From the NCBI GenBank assembly GCA_963827275.1, contig CAWHAA010000004.1, positions 544,001 to 608,000 on the forward strand: 64,000 nt of DNA, given 5' to 3'. Below, one piece after another: positions 9,925 to 20,627 of this stretch. This DNA comes from an uncultured Spirochaetota bacterium (GTDB lineage: Bacteria > Spirochaetota > UBA4802 > UBA5550). The notes beneath the pieces were generated by a model. The model made no database searches. It was not told where the DNA came from and saw only the letters and a list, made by a program, of their open reading frames with translations. The position numbers were made by a program, and so were the translations under genes. How positions within the stretch are numbered: the stretch's first letter is position 1; each line of letters opens with the position of its first letter.

Positions 9925-11989
9925 AGAACGCCACGCGCGACGAAAGGCTTTCCGCGATGGCGGAGAGCTCTTCCGCGTTTGCGGACATCTCCTCCGAGCT
10001 GGCGGAGTTCTTCTGCGAAAGCTCGTTTATGTAGGATACCGCCTTCACTATCTCCTCCGCCGCGATCTTCTGCTCGTCGGTGGCGGCCCTGATGGTGTTC
10101 GCCATCTCCTGTACTTTTCCCGCCTCGGTGTTCACGATCTCGTTGCTCGAAAGCTGCTTTTCCATGTTCTGGAAAATAAGGTCCATCATGCGGGCTATCG
10201 TTTCGACCCCTTCGATGATGTCGCTCATGACCCGGCCGGCCGTCGATGCGCTGTCGATCCCCTTCCGTATCTCGTCCTTGTTCCCCCTGACAAGGCTGTC
10301 GATCTCCTTCAGGCTGGATGCGGTCTGGTCGGCGAGCTTGCCGATTTCATCCGCCACGACCGCGAACCCGCGGCCGGCGTCGCCGGCCCGGGCCGCCTCG
10401 ATGGCGGCGTTCAGGGCGAGCAGGTTCACCTGTTCGGAGATGCCGTTTATTATCTCGATGATGTTTGTCATCTCCTCCGATCGCTTGCCGAGGGAAGACA
10501 TGCTGAGGTTCATGGCGTTCAGGGAGGCCCCCCCCGATTGCGCCTTCTCGGATATCTGGCCGGTCAGGCCGAGCCCCTCCTTGACCCGTATGCCCATGCC
10601 GTTGATGGTGTCGGACAGCTCGTGCATCCGCTCGACGAGGGCGGAGAGGCTGGTGAACTGGTCATTGGCGCCGTCGCTCACGCTTTCCAGTCCGGAGGAG
10701 AGCTCTTCCACCGTTGACATGATCTCCTCAGCGGAGGCGGCCTGTTTCTGTACGTTTTCCGTGAAGAAGCCCGAGGAGGCCGACATCTCGCTTGCTGCCG
10801 AGGCGAGCTGCATGGATATGTCCATCATGTTCTTCACGATCCCCGAGATTTCATCGAGGAACTGGTCAAGGCTCTCGCCGATGTCGCCGATCTCGCTTTT
10901 TTTGTCTATCCCGGTCCTGACCATGAGGTCGCCGGTCGACATTTTCCGGATGGTCGCGATGATTCGATTGATCGGCTTCATTGTTTTCCCGAAGGCGTAA
11001 TAGACGACCAGCGCGATGACGGCCATGAATATCAGGGCGGAGACAAGGTAAAATGCCACCATCGCCCGTACCGACGAGAGGGCGTGCCTCCGGTCGACCT
11101 CGATGAGGAAGACCCACTCGAAGTAGCTGTACCATTTCCATATCCCGATGACCGTGTTGCCGAGGTGCCCGGTATACTCCCCGCTCCCGGCGGTTTTATC
11201 CGCCACGCAGCGCGACACGCCGTCGACCGGCTTCCCGGATTCAGGGTCGGCGAGGATGAACCCCCCGTCTCCGTTCCGGTATTCGAATTGGCCCGATGAA
11301 AGTATGAGACGGCCGTCCCTGTCGGATAGATACGCGTGGCCCCCCTCCCCCAGGTTTATCATGCTGATCGAGTCTTCAAGGATCGCCATGTTGATGAAGG
11401 TGACAACATGCCCGGTGATCGCGCCCCGCTCCCCGGGCAGCTGGTAGACCGGATAGCTGATCGGCTGGCTGACGGAACGGTTCTTCGTGCCGGTCAGTAT
11501 GACCGGCGCGGCGATATGCACGTCGTCGCTGTTTCTGATCTCATTATTGATGCGCTTGACCGCGATGTCCGCCCAGAGGGCCGAGGTCGCGTGGCAGACC
11601 TTCCCGCCGCGGCCAAGGAGAACGATGCCGCTGTACACCCCCTGGTCGAGCATGATGCCGTTGATATAGTCCTTCGCCAGCGGGGCGGCACGTCCTGTTG
11701 CTGCGGTCAGGTTGAGGGCGGCGATGACGTCAGGGGCCCCGGCGATCTTCTCGGTGTTTTCAACCCGGAGCTCCATCCATTCTTCTATAAACTCGAACTG
11801 CTTTGTCGCGATTTCCATGTAGGTGCGCTTGGTAAGGGAGGAGATGAGGCGCTGGTTGATCGCATAGTTGATTGCCATGAAAACCATGAGGACCGCCAGG
11901 ATGATTCCGCCCATGATGACATAGGTGTTTTGCTTTTTCAGACGGAAGCCAGGGACCTTCAAATTGAAAATTTTTTGTACGAATTCCAT
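9914..11989 (-). CDS. Methyl-accepting chemotaxis protein with Cache-type sensor region and HAMP
   Basis: [37 protein letters not shown]; two TM helices. Confidence 0.92.
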   Translation of the reverse strand: MEFVQKIFNLKVPGFRLKKQNTYVIMGGIILAVLMVFMAINYAINQRLISSLTKRTYMEIATKQFEFIEEWMELRVENTEKIAGAPDVIAALNLTAATGRAAPLAKDYINGIMLDQGVYSGIVLLGRGGKVCHATSALWADIAVKRINNEIRNSDDVHIAAPVILTGTKNRSVSQPISYPVYQLPGERGAITGHVVTFINMAILEDSISMINLGEGGHAYLSDRDGRLILSSGQFEYRNGDGGFILADPESGKPVDGVSRCVADKTAGSGEYTGHLGNTVIGIWKWYSYFEWVFLIEVDRRHALSSVRAMVAFYLVSALIFMAVIALVVYYAFGKTMKPINRIIATIRKMSTGDLMVRTGIDKKSEIGDIGESLDQFLDEISGIVKNMMDISMQLASAASEMSASSGFFTENVQKQAASAEEIMSTVEELSSGLESVSDGANDQFTSLSALVERMHELSDTINGMGIRVKEGLGLTGQISEKAQSGGASLNAMNLSMSSLGKRSEEMTNIIEIINGISEQVNLLALNAAIEAARAGDAGRGFAVVADEIGKLADQTASSLKEIDSLVRGNKDEIRKGIDSASTAGRVMSDIIEGVETIARMMDLIFQNMEKQLSSNEIVNTEAGKVQEMANTIRAATDEQKIAAEEIVKAVSYINELSQKNSASSEEMSANAEELSAIAESLSSRVAFFKV

Positions 11990-12074
11990 GACATGCCTCG
12001 CAAGGTGGTATCGAATCCGTGTCCCCCGGCACGGGAAGTGTTATATTTAATGATGATCTGAACAGGGGCGTTTG

Positions 12075-13019
12075 TCAATTCCCTTTTTTTTGCCGATGAT
12101 ACGAGAATTCCAGCACGGCGCCTATCGCCGCCGGGATTATGGTGAAGATAATGCCGCCCGCGATGATCTCGAGCGGCCCGGAGAATTCACCGCCTTCCTG
12201 TTCGGCCATGCCGATGATGAGCAGGGCCCAGAAGAGGGCGCACAGGGCGAAGATTGTCCTGGATATGACGATTTTATACCTGCCGCGTCCCGCCGGGGCG
12301 GCCTCCCGCGTCATGTCCTGCGCCGTATCGGGCCGCGCGCCCCAGCGGCGCGCGGACAATGCCGCCCCCTTTTTCAGACAGACGGCGCCGAGCGCAAAAA
12401 TGGCGATCACCACCGGGACGACCAGGAAGGCCGCCGCCGTCCCCGACAGCACGAGGGTGTCGTACGCGCCGTGGACCAGGAAGGCGGCAAAAAAGCCGGC
12501 CGCTATCCTTCTCCTGCCGGCGGCCGGCGAGGGCGCGAACCGGGCCATGCCGACGAAGTATCCCATGATCACGCCGGTAAAGGTGTGGAGGGGAACGGCG
12601 GTTACCGCCCGCATCACGCCGGTGACAGGCCCGTTCTGCACGACATAGAGGACGTTTTCGACAAGGGAAAATCCGATGGCGGCCGCGCCTGCATACACGA
12701 TCCCGTCATTCTCTTCGTTGAAGTTGGCGTTGTTCCAGATGAACAGGAGGACCACCGCGAGCTTGGCCGCCTCTTCGACCGGTGCTATCACCGCGAACGA
12801 CCGGTACGCCGCGCCGGCGAGCCCCTCCGATGCGGGAAACGGTATCTGGATGAGCAGCGCTTCCGCGACCGCAACGGGTATCACCGCGGCCGCGCCCAGG
12901 AGGAGCGTTTTCAGGATCAGGCCGTGCGGCTCCGGCTCCAGCCTGTCGAGATGGTTGATGTAGAGTAAAAAGGCCAGGGGAGGGGTGACGGCAATGGTCA
13001 CGAGGATCAGGAGGTCCAT
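12075..13019 (-). CDS. PrsW-family intramembrane glutamic protease
   Basis: APVEEAAK, DGIVY, GFSLVENVLY, PLHTFTG, VHGAYD. Confidence 0.88.
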   Translation of the reverse strand: MDLLILVTIAVTPPLAFLLYINHLDRLEPEPHGLILKTLLLGAAAVIPVAVAEALLIQIPFPASEGLAGAAYRSFAVIAPVEEAAKLAVVLLFIWNNANFNEENDGIVYAGAAAIGFSLVENVLYVVQNGPVTGVMRAVTAVPLHTFTGVIMGYFVGMARFAPSPAAGRRRIAAGFFAAFLVHGAYDTLVLSGTAAAFLVVPVVIAIFALGAVCLKKGAALSARRWGARPDTAQDMTREAAPAGRGRYKIVISRTIFALCALFWALLIIGMAEQEGGEFSGPLEIIAGGIIFTIIPAAIGAVLEFSYHRQKKGN

Positions 13020-13034
13020 GCGGTGTTCCTTGCT

Positions 13035-14129
13035 TCAGTCTTTCAGCTTGTAGTCCCGTTCCCTGAAAAGGATGATGCAGGCATCGACCGCATCACCGTC
13101 ATAGAGAACGCCCCGGTTGCTGTGAATCTCATCAAGCGCCCGCTCCGTGCCGATCGCGCGGCGGTAGGGCCGGTGCGATGCCATGGCCTCGACAACGTCC
13201 GCCACGGCCATGATCCTCGCCTCCGGAATTATTTTTTTTCCCGATATCCCGGCGGGATACCCGGAGCCGTTCATGCGCTCGTGGTGCTGGAATACCGTCA
13301 TGGCGACCGGCCAGGGGAAATCGATGTCCTTCACGATGTCGTATCCCATCTGGGTGTGCGTCTTGATCAGCTTGAACTCGATATCGGTCAGGACCCCCGG
13401 CTTGCTCAGTATCTCCGCGGGCACGGAAATTTTTCCGATGTCATGTATCGAGCCGGCGATGCGGATCCCGTCGATCCTGTCGCGGGAAAGTCCCATGACG
13501 GACGCGATGGCGCGGGCCAGGTCGGCGACCCGGCGGTGGTGTCCCGCCGTGTAGGGGTCCCGCACCTCGAGCGCGAGGGAGAGGGCCTGCACCGTCTGGC
13601 CAAGGGCCTTGCGTATGGTTTTAAAGCTTTCCTCGAGGTCATGCTTGCGGCCCCGGTCGGTGATATCGCGGATGATGCCCCGGAAGCCGGTCGGGGTCCC
13701 CTCGGGCGAGCGGATCAGGGAGGCGGAAATCTCGACTTCGCGCACCTCGCGGTCCTTTTTCATAATCTCGTACATGGTGGGCTTCATCGAGGACCCGGTT
13801 CTGTACAGATCACCAAACAGTCTCTTCAGATTTTCGGCGGTTGCGGCGTCCATCAATTCCCTGTAGTTTTTTCCGACAAGCTCGCCCGGGGGGTAGCCGA
13901 CTATCTGCCCCATGGCCGCGTTGCAGAAGGTATGGACGCCGTTGAGGTCGATTTCCCAGTAGCCGTCATCGATTTCGTCGAAGATGCGACGGTAATCGCC
14001 GTCAGTTGCGTGCGGGTCAGCGTGCGTACCGGGCCCCTTTTCAGACATCGGGGCTGCGCCGGCCCGTTTTTTGAGGGTTTCCAGCTCTTCGATAATCTCT
14101 TTTTTTGTTTTCGATTTATATGGATCCAT
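13035..14129 (-). CDS. PAS + HD-GYP domain cyclic dinucleotide phosphodiesterase
   Basis: RDPYTAGH, HDIGKI, HHERMNGSGYP, SHRPYR; N-terminal PAS. Confidence 0.9.
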   Translation of the reverse strand: MDPYKSKTKKEIIEELETLKKRAGAAPMSEKGPGTHADPHATDGDYRRIFDEIDDGYWEIDLNGVHTFCNAAMGQIVGYPPGELVGKNYRELMDAATAENLKRLFGDLYRTGSSMKPTMYEIMKKDREVREVEISASLIRSPEGTPTGFRGIIRDITDRGRKHDLEESFKTIRKALGQTVQALSLALEVRDPYTAGHHRRVADLARAIASVMGLSRDRIDGIRIAGSIHDIGKISVPAEILSKPGVLTDIEFKLIKTHTQMGYDIVKDIDFPWPVAMTVFQHHERMNGSGYPAGISGKKIIPEARIMAVADVVEAMASHRPYRRAIGTERALDEIHSNRGVLYDGDAVDACIILFRERDYKLKD

Positions 14130-14387
14130 GGACAGTAGTGCGTCATACTAACGGGATTGTTGGAGGATTTCAATTAATATTTGTATTTTTTTATCAATAT
14201 GACATAACAGGAGGCGGTATCCGGCGGCGGGTGTTCCTGCCGGTAATAATCCCGTTGTAAGGCCGGGCATGATTTTTTATTTGACAATCCGAGAAAAAAA
14301 TGCCACCGTCGGATAGTGCCATACTGTCAGGATGCGTGTAAACACCCCCGTACCACATCCGGAAAACGTTGCAGTGGATGATTGATT

Positions 14388-14762
14388 ATGGAAAAAAGAA
14401 ACACCATCAGGGTCCCATTTCATGTACGCTCGGTTGTCAAGCACCGGGACCGCGTCATTGAGGGAGAGGTGGAAAACCTGAGCACGGGCGGCATGCTGCT
14501 CAAAACCCCGAATGATATAGCCGCGGGCGAGTCAGTCTCGGTATCGATATTTTTATACGGCTCCAGCTCGCACCTTGCCCTCAATATCGCGGGCACGATC
14601 GTTCGTCACACGGGCGCGAGCGTGGCCATCAAGTTCACCGAGCTCGACCTGGATTCGTTCATACACCTGCGGAATATCGTGTCACGCAACGCGTTTGACG
14701 AGGAAAAGGTGATCAGGGAATTCCAGGAATTCAACGCCGAAGATGCCATGAAAGATCAATAG
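14388..14762 (+). CDS. PilZ domain protein
   Basis: EKRNTIRV (RxxxR) and NLSTGG motifs. Confidence 0.8.
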   Translation: MEKRNTIRVPFHVRSVVKHRDRVIEGEVENLSTGGMLLKTPNDIAAGESVSVSIFLYGSSSHLALNIAGTIVRHTGASVAIKFTELDLDSFIHLRNIVSRNAFDEEKVIREFQEFNAEDAMKDQ

Positions 14763-15694
14763 CTCGACCACGCGGTCTCGAGTCGCTTGTTCCGGGCGTT
14801 TTCCGCCACGCGGAGCAGCGCGCGGTCGCGCTCCCATCCGGTCCGTGTTTTTTCATCAGCGGTTATCCAGTATTCATCAAGCCCTTCAATGAGTGATCCC
14901 ATCTGCGCGTGAAGGCCCCCGACGGCGATGTGCAGGGCCGGCGACGACTGGTCGTCGTGCGAGAGGGTACGCGCGCATGCGATGGCGGCAATGATCCGCT
15001 CTTTCACGGCGTGCGGCCAGCGAAACAGGCACGCGCAACGGAAGAGGTAGCCCAGGACGGCGCTCTCGACATGAAGGTCCTCGATGGTGCGGAAGGGCTT
15101 TATGTAGCCGGTGTAGCCGTCACCGGGGAGGAGGTCCCGGTCGGCTACGGCGACATCGCTAAACGCCACGGTGCCGTGGCTTATCTCCGGCACGAAGGTG
15201 AGGCCGGTCATCGCGTTGACTTCCACGCCGGGCGCGCTCCTGCCGACCAGCGCCATCCGGAGCATGTTTTTCCCGTCCGGCGACGTTCCCGTCGAGGCTG
15301 CCACGAGGAGGAGCTCGGCCTCCATCGCCATGGTGACGAACTTCTTCCCGCCGTTGAGCGTCCAGGACCCGCCATCCGCCTTTTTCAGCGATGCCCGTAT
15401 CGACGACGGGTGTCCGCCCTTTTCCTCGGTGACGCAGAAGGAGACGACGGCGCGTTCCGGGAGCGACGGCACGAGCCGCCTGAGAGCGGTCTCGTAGCCC
15501 GCGGCGAACGCGTAGGCGGTACGGTCGGCAAGGAACCCGCCGATGACCGCGCGGTCGGCCGGGGAGTCCCATCCCGCCGCCTCGCCGTCGAAGCGTTTTT
15601 TCCAATCGGCGACCGATGCGAGCTCAGCCGTATCGACCCGCTCCTGACGTGCGAGGAGCCATCCCAGTATCCCGGACCCCGTGTTTGTTTCCAT
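14756..15694 (-). CDS. Acyl-CoA dehydrogenase-like protein (short form)
   Basis: FCVTEEKG, WTLNGGKKFVT, FVPEISH, KPFRTIEDLHV. Confidence 0.7.
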   Translation of the reverse strand: METNTGSGILGWLLARQERVDTAELASVADWKKRFDGEAAGWDSPADRAVIGGFLADRTAYAFAAGYETALRRLVPSLPERAVVSFCVTEEKGGHPSSIRASLKKADGGSWTLNGGKKFVTMAMEAELLLVAASTGTSPDGKNMLRMALVGRSAPGVEVNAMTGLTFVPEISHGTVAFSDVAVADRDLLPGDGYTGYIKPFRTIEDLHVESAVLGYLFRCACLFRWPHAVKERIIAAIACARTLSHDDQSSPALHIAVGGLHAQMGSLIEGLDEYWITADEKTRTGWERDRALLRVAENARNKRLETAWSSY

Positions 15695-15808
15695 GGCGCT
15701 ATCCTTTTGAAAGTGGTCTCATGCCGCCCGTTGCCGCATCCTGTATCAGGATGTAGGGCGCGTGCCGTTATTGTTCAATAACAATTTTCAACAATTTTCG
15801 CGTCCCGC

Positions 15809-16486
15809 TCAGATTACGAAAATTTCCATCAACACCTGGTAGGAATAGTTCAATTCCTTCATGAGGTGTTCCCTGCCGGGGTTCAGGTCGGGGTGGAAGG
15901 ACCTGGCCAGCTCGTGGTATCTCGCCTGTATGCGCTTTTTCGTGGGGCGGGACAGGCCGAACACCGCCAGCGCCCGCTCGACCTCCCCCCGGCGGAGCGA
16001 GTAGATGACGACGCCCTTCATCAGTTTTTCGAGCACCGGGCTTGTTCCGAAAGAGATGTTGTCCGGGTTGGTGTAGAAATCGCGGAGGGGGTCAAACGAA
16101 GGAGCGGCCAGGACAAGGGGATCGAGGTGCTCCGGACAATAGCCGTCGTCACCGGCGGCGCGGCCGCAGTAGCGGCCGGTCCCGGGAACGTAATGCCTGC
16201 ACGAGCCGGGCCCCGGCACCCGCACGAGCCTGATCCTCATCGGGTCAAGGTGGAGGTAATAGCCCCGCGCGCCCGCATCGGCTTTCAGGCGGTAGAGCGC
16301 GTGGAAGAGCGAGAAGTGGAGCTCGAACAGCCGCTCCCTCCCCGGGGGGATCCTCCGCTCTCCGGTGGCCATCTTCAGCAGGTCCGTTTCCGCCGCGGGC
16401 CCGTCAAGTCCGTCGAGCATGCTGAAGAGCGCGGTCGTGTCGAATTCTTTCAGGCGGGGCCCCCCGCCGCCGCTTCCGGCCGTCAT
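15809..16486 (-). CDS. DnaJ-related protein with C-terminal J domain
   Basis: LFELHFSLFHALYRL and DPLRDFY N-terminal region; YHELARSFHPDLN (HPD). Confidence 0.8.
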   Translation of the reverse strand: MTAGSGGGGPRLKEFDTTALFSMLDGLDGPAAETDLLKMATGERRIPPGRERLFELHFSLFHALYRLKADAGARGYYLHLDPMRIRLVRVPGPGSCRHYVPGTGRYCGRAAGDDGYCPEHLDPLVLAAPSFDPLRDFYTNPDNISFGTSPVLEKLMKGVVIYSLRRGEVERALAVFGLSRPTKKRIQARYHELARSFHPDLNPGREHLMKELNYSYQVLMEIFVI

Positions 16487-16498
16487 AATCGCGCCGCC

Positions 16499-18913
16499 TC
16501 ATTCCCTGAGGAGGACGACCGTCACACCGTCCCCCCCTTCGCCCGACTCGCCGGGCCGCTGGCCCGCGGCGTAGGGACTGCGCCGGAGGTTGGCCCGCAC
16601 CGCCTCCTTCATCGCCCCGGTCCCGTGCCCGTGGATGACCACTGCCGCGTCGATCCCGGCGCGGACCATCCGGTCGAGGTCACGCTCCATATCGCGCAGC
16701 CCTTCCTCCACCCGCTTGCCCCTGAGGTCGATGGTGTTGTACGCGGTCTGGATCACCGGCGGAATTTCGCCGTCCGTCCGCCGAACCTCCTCCTTCGCGG
16801 GTTTGCGCGCGGCATGGCGCGCGGGGCGGTCCCCGGTCCGGAGCGGCCGGTGCAGGTCGCCGAAACCGAAGGTCGACCTGATGGCGTTCCCCATGAGCAC
16901 CGATGCCTGCCGCCGCCCGCCGTCGACCGACTCGACCACGGCCTCCTGCTCCAGGGAGAGCACGAACACGGTGTCGCCTTTCTTTAGCGCGTCGGGGTCG
17001 ATGGGAGCGTAGCGGTCCGGGAAAAGCTTGCCCTTGTCGCGGCGCAGGTCGCCGTGGACGGTGTCTTCAATTTTACGGACCTCCTGCCTGGCGCTCCCCG
17101 CCTCCTTCATGTTCATGCGCTGGAGCCCGGCGATACGCGCGGTCACGAGCCTGCGGTATTCCTTCAGGTCGTCCAGGAACTCGATCCCCTCCTTCTGCTT
17201 TATCTCCTGCGCGCGCTTTTCAAGGAGCCTCATCAGCTCGTCGTATTCGCTCTTTTCCTTCTCGAGTCCCGCGGCGAACCCTTCAAGGCGCGATTTCTTT
17301 TCATCGAGCTCCTGCTCGTAGGCCTGGACCTTCTCGATCAGGGCCTCCATGCTGATCTCCCTGCTGTCGAGGAGGGACCGCGCGCGGGAGACGACGCCGC
17401 CGGGGAGGCCGTAGTTTTTCGCTATCTCGATGGCATAGCTCACGCCGGGCAGGCCCGCGATCAGCCGGAAGGTGGGCCGCAGCGTGTCCAGGTCGAACGA
17501 GACCGAGGCGTTCCTGAACCGGGGATCGACGGACGGGAGGTCCTTCAGCTCGGTGTAGTGCGTGGTGACCACGATCCTGCTCCCGGTTTCGACGAGCGAT
17601 TCGAGGATGGCCTGCGCCAGCGCCGCGCCCTGGCGGGGGTTGGTCCCCACGATGATCTCGTCGATGATGACAAGCGTTCTCTCGCTCGCGGCCGAGAGCA
17701 TTTCGTTGATGACCACGATCTGGCCGGAGAAGGTCGAGAGCGACTGCGACAGGCTCTGGTCGTCGCCGATGTCGGCCAGTATCCTGTCATAGATGCCGAT
17801 GCGCGAGTCGGGACCCGCCGGCAGGTGGAGCCCGAGCATCGCGAAGAGGACGCACAGGCCGATGGTCTTGAGGAGGACGGTTTTGCCGCCCGTGTTCGCG
17901 CCGGATATGATGAGGCAGCGGTACGATTCGCCGAGGTTGATGTCGTTCGCCACCACCGTGTCCGGCGACATGAGGGTCAGGATCGGGTGGCGGGCCCCGT
18001 AGAGGACGATCTCGCCCGAGTCCGCGACCTCCGGCTCGGAGCACCTGGTGTCGATGCTGAAGCGCGCCGCCGCGGCGAGAAAGTCAAGGGCGCCGATCAC
18101 GTCGAGGTTCCCGAGGAGCGGGCCCGCGTGCTCCGCCGCCTTCGCCGAGAGGGCGCGGAGTATCCTGGCGGTCTCGGCCTGGAGCTCCTTTTCCAGCATG
18201 AGCGCCCTGTTGTTGAGCGGCGTTATTTCAACGGGTTCGATGTAATAGGTGGCGCCGCTCGAGGATATGTCGTGCACCGTGCCCCTGACGCGCTCCTTCA
18301 TCCCGGCCTTCACCAGGATGACGTACCGGTCATTGCGGGTGGTGGAGACCTTCTCCTGGAGCACGGCTTCCATGTTCGGCGCGTGGATGATGCCGGAGAT
18401 CTTCTTTTCCATCTCCTGCCGCGCGGCGCGGAGCTCGTCCCGGATCCTCCCGAGCTGCGGGTACGCGCTTTCGCTCAGCTCCCCGGTATCGGTTATCGAG
18501 CCGGTAAACAGGTCGGCGATGCCGGCAAGCCGGTCCATCCTTCCGTGCTCTTCCGCGAGGAGGGGAAACTCGTCCTTCGCCTCGCGTAAAAATTTCAGGG
18601 TCCTGCCCGATGCGATCATGAACGAGCGCAGCGCGGCCAGCTCCTCGAGCTTCAGGATGCCGCCCTTTTCCGCGATGGCCACGCACGGCCCGATATCGGT
18701 GATACCGGAAAAATCGGGCGCGCGGTTCCGGCCTGTCATTTCCTTCAGGTTGCTGATCTTCCTCATGCGCGTCCTGGCCGCCTCGGGGCGGAGGGGGGTG
18801 AGGCCGTCAACCAGCGCGGCCCCTGCCGGCGTCGCGCACCGGCCGCGCAGCGCTGCCCTGATAACGGGCCATTCGAGGACTTCAAGGACGCGTGGGGTGA
18901 TATGCTCGTTCAT
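16499..18913 (-). CDS. mutS2: Endonuclease MutS2 (ATPase + Smr)
   Basis: ISGANTGGKT, DIGDDQSLSQSLSTFS, TTHY, IDLRGKRVEEG, IHGHGTG. Confidence 0.93.
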   Translation of the reverse strand: MNEHITPRVLEVLEWPVIRAALRGRCATPAGAALVDGLTPLRPEAARTRMRKISNLKEMTGRNRAPDFSGITDIGPCVAIAEKGGILKLEELAALRSFMIASGRTLKFLREAKDEFPLLAEEHGRMDRLAGIADLFTGSITDTGELSESAYPQLGRIRDELRAARQEMEKKISGIIHAPNMEAVLQEKVSTTRNDRYVILVKAGMKERVRGTVHDISSSGATYYIEPVEITPLNNRALMLEKELQAETARILRALSAKAAEHAGPLLGNLDVIGALDFLAAAARFSIDTRCSEPEVADSGEIVLYGARHPILTLMSPDTVVANDINLGESYRCLIISGANTGGKTVLLKTIGLCVLFAMLGLHLPAGPDSRIGIYDRILADIGDDQSLSQSLSTFSGQIVVINEMLSAASERTLVIIDEIIVGTNPRQGAALAQAILESLVETGSRIVVTTHYTELKDLPSVDPRFRNASVSFDLDTLRPTFRLIAGLPGVSYAIEIAKNYGLPGGVVSRARSLLDSREISMEALIEKVQAYEQELDEKKSRLEGFAAGLEKEKSEYDELMRLLEKRAQEIKQKEGIEFLDDLKEYRRLVTARIAGLQRMNMKEAGSARQEVRKIEDTVHGDLRRDKGKLFPDRYAPIDPDALKKGDTVFVLSLEQEAVVESVDGGRRQASVLMGNAIRSTFGFGDLHRPLRTGDRPARHAARKPAKEEVRRTDGEIPPVIQTAYNTIDLRGKRVEEGLRDMERDLDRMVRAGIDAAVVIHGHGTGAMKEAVRANLRRSPYAAGQRPGESGEGGDGVTVVLLRE

Positions 18914-19153
18914 GCCGTCTCGGTGTATGAAGGATTCAATCGTACGCCTGTCACTACCATGCTGTCGATATAAACGGGGGCCGAGTCAAGTAGAATTATT
19001 CATTTTTCGTCCTGCGGTGTATTGGCAGGATCAAGAATCTGTCCGGAGACAATCGGCACCGGCGCCATGTTTTATCATTTTTGTGATTGACTTATAGGGT
19101 CATCTGTACCTATTTTTCAAAAATTCAATTTTTCAATGATGTGATCGCTATCA

Positions 19154-20617
19154 ATGCTCTATAATTCATTTGAATACATTTTTGTCTTTCTGCCGCCGGC
19201 CATGGTGATATTCTTTCTCCTCGGGCACCGGGGGCTGCCCGGCGCGGCCCGGGCATGGCTTCTGCTCTGCAGCATTTTTTATTACAGCTACTGGAACATC
19301 AGCCATCTTCCCCTCATTGCCGGCTCAACGGTCATCAATTTCGGCATCGGCTGGGCCCTGGCCGGCGGCATGGACGCGCCGGCGGGGATCTCCCGCAGGG
19401 CGCTGCTCCGGGCGGGCGTTCTCTTCAACCTGTTCATCCTGGGGTACTACAAGTACACCGGCTTTTTCATCGAGACGGCGAACACCCTGTTCGGCGCGGG
19501 GCTGGCCCCGCTGAACATGTCCCAGCCGGTTGGCATAAGCTATTTTACGTTTATCCAGATCGCCTTCGTGGTGGCCGCGTACCGGGGCGCGGGCAGGGAG
19601 GGAAGCATCCTGAATTACGGGCTCTTCTCCGCCTTTTTCCCCCAGATCCTCTCCGGTCCCATCGTGTATCACAAGGAGATGATACGGCAGTATGCCGACC
19701 CCGGCAACACGAGGGTGAACTACGACAATCTCATGAAAGGGGTCCTGATGTTCTCGATCGGGCTCTTCAAGAAGACGGTGATCGCCGACAGCCTGGCCGT
19801 GTGGGCGGTGCAGGGCTTTGACCACGCGCAGACCCTGAATTTTTTCGAAGCCTGGTTCACCTCCCTCTCCTTCACGTTCCAGCTCTACAATGACTTCAGC
19901 GGCTGCATCGACATGGCCAACGGGATCGCCCTGATGCTGAACATCCGGTTCCCGCTCAACTTCGATTCTCCCTACAAGTCCCTGAGCCTCCAGGAGTACT
20001 GGCGCAAGTTCCACATGACGCTGATACGGTTCCTCCGGGACCACGTGTACATACCGCTGGGAGGGAGCCGCAAGGGACAGGCGCGCCTCTACCTGAACAT
20101 CATGGCCATCTTCATCGTCGCGGGCCTGTGGCACGGCGCGACGCTGCCGTATGTTGCCTGGGGCGCGGTGAGCGGCGTCGCGATGATCATCAACCGCCTC
20201 TGGAGCAAGTCCGGGAGGAAGATGGGCCGGTACCCGGCGTGGTTCATCACCTTCAATTTTGTCAATATCGCCAACCTGATCTTCAGGGCCCCCAGCCTGG
20301 GTGACGCCGGGAAAATACTCAAGGGCATGGCGGGGCTGAACGGCGTAATGCTCCCGGAAAAGCTGAGCGGGTTCACGTTCCTGGGATCGGCGGGCATCGG
20401 GTTCGGCAAGTGGCTTGACAACATCGGCGGGGAGAGGTATTACCTCATATATTTCCTGGTTGCCGCGGCGCTGATCGCCTTCCTCGGGAAGAACGCCAGG
20501 GAGCTTTCTGAAAAGATGAAGCCGGACCTGAAGTGGGGGCTCTTCGTCGCGCTGCTGCTGGGCGCGGGCCTGCTGCACATGACGCAGGTCAGGGTGTTTC
20601 TGTATTTTAACTATTGA
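19154..20617 (+). CDS. MBOAT family O-acyltransferase (second copy)
   Basis: PVGISYFTFIQIAF, GPIVYH, FDSPYKS, AGLWHGA. Confidence 0.9.
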   Translation: MLYNSFEYIFVFLPPAMVIFFLLGHRGLPGAARAWLLLCSIFYYSYWNISHLPLIAGSTVINFGIGWALAGGMDAPAGISRRALLRAGVLFNLFILGYYKYTGFFIETANTLFGAGLAPLNMSQPVGISYFTFIQIAFVVAAYRGAGREGSILNYGLFSAFFPQILSGPIVYHKEMIRQYADPGNTRVNYDNLMKGVLMFSIGLFKKTVIADSLAVWAVQGFDHAQTLNFFEAWFTSLSFTFQLYNDFSGCIDMANGIALMLNIRFPLNFDSPYKSLSLQEYWRKFHMTLIRFLRDHVYIPLGGSRKGQARLYLNIMAIFIVAGLWHGATLPYVAWGAVSGVAMIINRLWSKSGRKMGRYPAWFITFNFVNIANLIFRAPSLGDAGKILKGMAGLNGVMLPEKLSGFTFLGSAGIGFGKWLDNIGGERYYLIYFLVAAALIAFLGKNARELSEKMKPDLKWGLFVALLLGAGLLHMTQVRVFLYFNY

Positions 20618-20627
20618 GACTGCGCTC

